Assembly: GCA_951406725.2 (NCBI GenBank)
Contig: OX597834.1
Location: forward strand, 25,110,001 to 25,174,000
DNA length: 64,000 bases
Direction: 5' to 3'
Origin: Octopus vulgaris
Taxonomy: Eukaryota
This document shows positions 58,505 through 64,000 of the stretch, piece after piece. The stretch's first letter is position 1, and every line of letters begins with the position of its first letter. The notes below the pieces were generated by a model. That model saw only the letters and a list, made by a program, of their open reading frames with translations, did no database searches and had not been told where the DNA came from. A program made the translations under genes and the position numbers.

Positions 58505-58776
58505 CTGGGATGTGTAGAAAAGAATAAAGTTAATGCTACCCACACACTTTTTGTTGACAATCTAAACTAATATTCTGGTAAAAACATCAAGAGACAATCA
58601 GAACTGATCACAATTTTCTCACGAGATATAGGGATGGAGTTTGGGCAGAATAAATGCTCATACACGATAATCAACTGGGGGAAGACTGTGTGACAGGCAG
58701 AGAACAGGCACATCAATCAATGGCTTGTCTATCTCTATTGTCTCTAACTCGGAAACCTACAACTATCTCGGAATTA
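58505..58776 (+). mobile_element. R4/Dong-type RT-domain fragment between (TATG)n tracts
   Basis: THTLFVDNLN*Y (xLFxDD motif), FSRDIGMEFGQNKC, TYNYLGI. Confidence 0.72.
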
Positions 58777-58800
58777 TGTATGTATATATGTATGTATGTA

Positions 58801-58935
58801 TGTATTTTTTTAAAAATATAAATATATGAAAGAATGGACTTGAACGACGAATTAACAAAATTCCTTTATTTTCTCTGTTAATTCGTCGTTCAACTCCTTT
58901 CTTTCATATATTTATATTTAAAAAAAAAACATACA
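58801..58935. repeat. Fold-back (~57-bp arms, ~18-nt loop)
   Basis: AAATATAAATATATGAAAGAATGGACTTGAACGACGAATTAACA versus TGTTAATTCGTCGTTCAACTCCTTTCTTTCATATATTTATATTT. Confidence 0.9.
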
Positions 58936-59048
58936 AATTTCCACACGAAAGCACGTAACTTCAAACGTGTCTTCTCTGATGTGAATTTGCTACCCAGGTA
59001 TCGGTTAACCGAATTATCCATAACAAGATAATTCATTCTACTACTCAA

Positions 59049-59084
<36 letters not shown>

Positions 59085-59095
59085 CACACCATATG

Positions 59096-59154
<59 letters not shown>

Positions 59155-59531
59155 CACACCATACTAATCATATCTGTCGGGCATGTGGAAGAGAGTGTAA
59201 TTCGGCAGGACTTAAACGACATGCAAAGGTACATGAAGCCTAGTTACAACTACAGCCGGCTATTACCAGTAAAGGTTTTAGTTGCCAATTGTAGATCTTT
59301 AGCTGGGCTAAAAAGTCACATTCGATCACAGCACCAGTAACAGTTATGCTTCGTGCAATGACCATACTTGATAACGAGGGGGCAGCCATAATAAAAAAAA
59401 ATAATAATGTATGTATACGTGTATGTTTGTATGCGTGTATGTATGCTTGCATGTATGTATCCATATATGTCTATATATACGTGTGTGCATATGTCTGTGT
59501 GTATGTGTGTGTGTGTATGTGAGTGTGTGTT

Positions 59532-60470
59532 TCCCTTGAGTTTTATTGAAGTCCTTAAGAGAGTTGAAACCGGTTAGTAACAAAGCAACAAGACTTTTTT
59601 ACTTAAGAGATCTCCCAGTGTTTGTAAATATGGTTGAGTTGGTGTGTTGGTTAAGCTGTCGATGCCCACACCCAAGTCAGTGCATCTATTTATCTAAATA
59701 ATGTCAGATAGAGAATCTTTGGAAACTCTTTCAAATCTTCACTATGCCACAAATGGATTGGATTTGGAGAATCTGCGTCAGTTTCTTTTGCTCTTCCTTC
59801 GAAAAAACCTAGAAGTTTTAGCTTTTGGTGTAAATTTGTAGAGACATAACCTAATGAACCTATGATGAAAGGTACAAGTGATAATGTATAGTCAGGGTAC
59901 AAAGGCAGTGATTTCCGCATTAATTCGCCATAGGTGTTCTCTGCTGCAGGGACTTTTGATGGTACATTCACATCCTTATTTCTTTATTGCCCACTAGGGG
60001 CTAAACATAGACAAACAAAGGGATTAAGTCGATTACATCGACCCCAGTGCGTAACTGGTATTTAATTTATCGACCCCGAGAGGATGAAAGGCAAAGTCGA
60101 CCTCGGCGGAATTTGAACTCAGAACGTAAAGGCAGACGAAATACCGCCAAGCATTTCGTCCGGCGTGCTAACGTTTCTGCCAGCTCGCCACCTTTTCACA
60201 TCCAGAGAATGGTACATTCACATCCTCTAAACAACTGACTTCTACAACAATGCATGACTTTGTTCCCTGTCCACAGAACAGTATCAGGTTTCTTATGTTT
60301 GTCCCGAATTGCTGTTTTTATTGGAAAGTTCCACCGGTATTTTTTGTTTTTAAAGGTGTGAATACATGCTGGTTTTTGTATGCCTTTGATGTATATACTC
60401 CAGGACAATCCTTCTTGTAGATAGCGCTATAAATAGCCTTGGTATCTATATCATACCTGAAGAACAGCTA
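59532..60470 (-). mobile_element. R4/Dong-type RLE 3' fragment (CATA-associated family), interrupted by SINE A
   Basis: WNFPIKTAIRDKHKKPDTVLW and ENTYGELMRKSLPLYPDYTLSLVPFIIGSLGYV. 5' junction abuts (CATA)n on the element strand. Confidence 0.8.
59976..60192 (-). mobile_element. SINE family A monomer
   Basis: Full head to tail, flanked by duplicated TTCACATCC, with a further local duplication at 60209-60226. Confidence 0.87.
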
Positions 60471-60528
60471 GTATGTATGTATGTATGTATGTATGTATGT
60501 ATGTATGTATGTATGTATGTATGTATGT

Positions 60529-60870
60529 AGTGAAGGCGCATGGCTCAGTAGTTAGAGCGTCGAGTTTACGATCGTGAGGTTGTGAGTTCGAATCTCGGAC
60601 TGGGCTGCGTGTTGTGTTCTTGAGCAAGACACTTTATTTCACGTTGCTCCAGTTCACTCAGCTGTAGAAATGAGTTGCGACGTCACAGGTGCCAAGCTGT
60701 ATCAGCCCCTTTGCCTTTCCCTTGGATAATATCGGTGGCATGAAGAGGGAAGGCCTGTATGCATGGGCGGCTGCTGGTCTTCCATAAACAACCTTGCCTT
60801 GACTTGTACCTCAGAGGTTAACTTTCTAGGTGAAATCCCATGGTCAGTCATGACAGAAGGAGGTCTCTCC
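60529..60870 (+). mobile_element. tRNA-derived SINE family D, copy 1
   Basis: A-box TGGCTCAGTAG, B-box GAGTTCGAATCTC, then TTGTGTTCTTGAGCAAGACACTTT...CACTCAGCTG. Flanked by (TATG)n. Confidence 0.85.
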
Positions 60871-60891
60871 TCCATGTATGTTCGTATGTAC

Positions 60892-60922
<31 letters not shown>

Positions 60923-60929
60923 TGTATGT

Positions 60930-61267
60930 AGTGAAGGCGCACGGCTCAGTGGTTAGAGCATCGAGCTTACGATCGTGAGGTTGTGAGTTCGAATCTCGGA
61001 CCGGGTTGCGTGTTGTGTTCTTGGGCAAGACACTTTATTTCACGTTGCTCCAGTTCACTCAGCTGTAGAAATGAGTTGCGACGTCACAGGTGCCAAGCTG
61101 TATCGGCTTTTGCCTTTCCCTTGGATAATACTGGTGGTATGGAGAGAGGAGGCCGGTATGCATGGGCGACTGCTGGTCTTCCATAAACAACCTTGCCCAG
61201 ACTTGTGCCTGGGAGGGTAACTTTCTAGGTGCAAGCCCACGGTCAGTCATGACCGAAGGGGGTCTCA
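60930..61267 (+). mobile_element. tRNA-derived SINE family D, copy 2
   Basis: Diverged tandem copy of 60529-60870, again between (TATG)n tracts. Confidence 0.85.
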
Positions 61268-61699
61268 ACATGTATGTATGTATGTATGTATGTATGTATG
61301 CATGCATGCATGCATGCATGTATGTATGTATGCATGTATGTATGTATGTATGTATGTATGTATGTATGTATGTATGTATGTATGTATGCATCTGCACGCG
61401 CATGTGTATGTGTGTAATCGAGTTATGAGCCAATTTGAGTCCCCGGCTGGTCACATTTCAACTTCTGTACACGAGTCGTAGAACAGAAGTCGAAATGGAT
61501 GTACAAGAATTTTAAACAATATTAAGATACTTATATATTATCGATTTTGCACTTGATTTAGAGTTTCTTGTCTCTTTAACACTCCCCAGCTAGTCAGTTC
61601 TTCCTTGATGTATAGATACATGTATACGTATATACATCTGTGTGTGTGTGTGTGTGCGTGCACGCGCGTTTGTAGATGTAGATATAGATACAGATAAGT

Positions 61700-61763
<64 letters not shown>

Positions 61764-61775
61764 CAGACAGACAAT

Positions 61776-61835
<60 letters not shown>

Positions 61836-62184
61836 AAGATAGAGAAACAGTCAGTCAGTCAGACAGACAGACAGATAACGTTACTAGTGTTCCGTGTATA
61901 ACAGACCTACGCCGTGTGTCGTTGGAGGCAGAGAGATTGTAAAGATAGCAAAACTATTTTAATCTCGGATGTCAATCACAAACTGTACAGCCGAGGCGGT
62001 CATTTGTCTTGATGCTGCTGATATTGTTGTTGTTAAACTTGTTGTTGTTGTTGTTTCTGTTCTGTTCATTGTTCTTGATGTTGATATTTAAAAACAATTC
62101 AATGTTTATTTCCATTTATCTGATTGATCACTGAACTCAATAGCGATGGCGTTTTCTTCTGTTCAATTGTGATTTTTTTTAACG

Positions 62185-62235
<51 letters not shown>

Positions 62236-62379
62236 ATAGACACACGTATGTATATACACACACATATATACATACACGTTTGTAGACAAATACGCATATA
62301 ACTATACTATACATGATTCACATACATATATATATGTATTTGAGTATGTGCGGATGTATTTGTATGTATATCTATCTGT

Positions 62380-62472
<93 letters not shown>

Positions 62473-62628
62473 ACTATATATATCATATATATATGTATAT
62501 GTATGTGTGTGTATATATATATATGTGTGTGTGTATGTGTGCATACAAGATGTATATAGATTATACCAGTGCGTATAAACATCATAACATGTATATATAT
62601 CTATTTAACTGTCTATCTGTCTCACTCT

Positions 62629-62682
<54 letters not shown>

Positions 62683-63141
62683 TAGCATGCATGTGTGCAT
62701 GCGTATGTATAAATGTGCGTCCTGAGTGTGTATATATATATATATATATATGTACACACATACACACATATATATATATACATACAGATATATATTGTAA
62801 GTGTATCTGTGTGTGTATGTATCTATATGTCTATATGTATCGATCAATGATTCTATCTGATCTGATCTGAATTTTTCTCAGACTTTATTCATTTATATAT
62901 TTATTTTTACTTATTAAATACGTCACTAATTATTTCTTCATTTTTACATTCATTCTTCTTTCTTCCCCCACCCCACCCCTCCATCCTCTCTCTCTTTCTC
63001 TCTTCCATTTCATTCTCCTCATCCCTTTTCTTTCTTTCTTTCTTTCTTTCTTTCATTTCTTGCATTCTTTATTGTGTCATTTCTTTCTCTCTTGATTTTA
63101 CTTCTTCATAAAATTCTCTTCTCTTACAATTACATTCAAAT

Positions 63142-63251
<110 letters not shown>

Positions 63252-63520
63252 GCTGGGTCGATAAGAAGTTTGTTGTGAGACAACGTGGGCCAAGGTTCGA
63301 TCTCAACGGGCCAACAACTAAAGCGAATTTCTTCTAGACCTATAGAGCCCGTTTAATCACAGAAAGTGCATCGAGGTCTCTTGTATACCTAAGTACATAT
63401 GCACGCACACACACACACACACACACACACATACATACATACGTACATACATACATACATACACACACATACATACATACATACGTACATAGATACATAC
63501 ATACATACATACATACATAT

Positions 63521-63675
63521 GGGCTCAGGTGTGGCTGTGTGATAAGCAGCTTGCTTCCCAACCGCATGGTTCCAGGTTCAGTTCCACTTGGCCAAATGTC
63601 TTCTATTATAGCCTCGGAACGACCAAAGCCCTGTGAGCAGATTCGGTAGACAGAAACTGAAAGAAGCCTATCGTG
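63521..63675 (+). mobile_element. SINE family B 5' half
   Basis: Head through GAAACTGAAAGAAGCC, then an expanded (TA)n. Confidence 0.75.
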
Positions 63676-63758
<83 letters not shown>

Positions 63759-63774
63759 ATAATAATAATAATAA

Positions 63775-64000
63775 ATATTAGGGAATAAATCCAAATTTAC
63801 AGGGAAAAAATCAGATTTAGGATTAAATCCAATTTTATAGTAAAATATTATATAATATTAATTCGAGACAAAACCACTATTTTGCAAAACAAACAAGGAA
63901 AGACTTAATCAATACATAAAAATTTTTAATATAAAGAAATAAACCGCCACTACAATCGTTTCATGTCTTCAATGACATTCGTCAGGTGGATTTTCGATCT
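63775..64000 (-). mobile_element. (TA)n-inserted hammerhead-bearing element (probable Penelope-like terminal repeat)
   Basis: 63775-63850 is the reverse complement of 34538-34605, which also abuts (TA)n. Carries the hammerhead at 63947-63989. Confidence 0.6.
63947..63989 (-). ncRNA. Minimal type-I hammerhead ribozyme with canonical core
   Basis: Minus: CCAC CUGACGA AUGUC AUUGAA GACAU GAA ACGAUUGU A GUGG. Stem I 4 bp, intact CUGAnGA and GAAA, stem II 5 bp, near-palindromic stem III, GUA cleavage triplet. Confidence 0.8.

Noticed and set aside
60529-60605. tRNA gene (also the heads at 11200-11278, 17480-17558 and 31813-31900)
   Set aside because: A/B boxes are present, but each continues into a shared non-tRNA body, several with TSDs, so they are SINE heads.

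Overview
Eukaryotic, AT-rich, repeat-saturated DNA. I found no supportable host protein-coding exon, so it is intergenic or one large intron. The dense microsatellites and tRNA-headed SINE families resemble an octopus (coleoid cephalopod) genome; that is an inference. Recognisable content: a full-length decayed mariner (1788-3091) plus mariner, Tc1 and maT-like remnants; a small MITE with a 9-bp TSD; at least four tRNA-derived SINE families, one mobile as a head-to-tail dimer; fragments of R4/Dong-type (RLE), RTE, CR1, L1/Tx1 and Penelope-like (GIY-YIG) retroelements; and a 100-N gap. Nearly all other ORF-track entries are translated microsatellites. Most notable unannotated signals: (i) about ten minimal type-I hammerhead ribozyme motifs of several families in short elements mostly inserted in (TA)n tracts, one fully canonical at 63947-63989 (-); (ii) R4/Dong-type elements sitting in (TAA)n versus (CATA)n microsatellites; (iii) six local fold-back inversions. 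All calls are by eye, with no database search.
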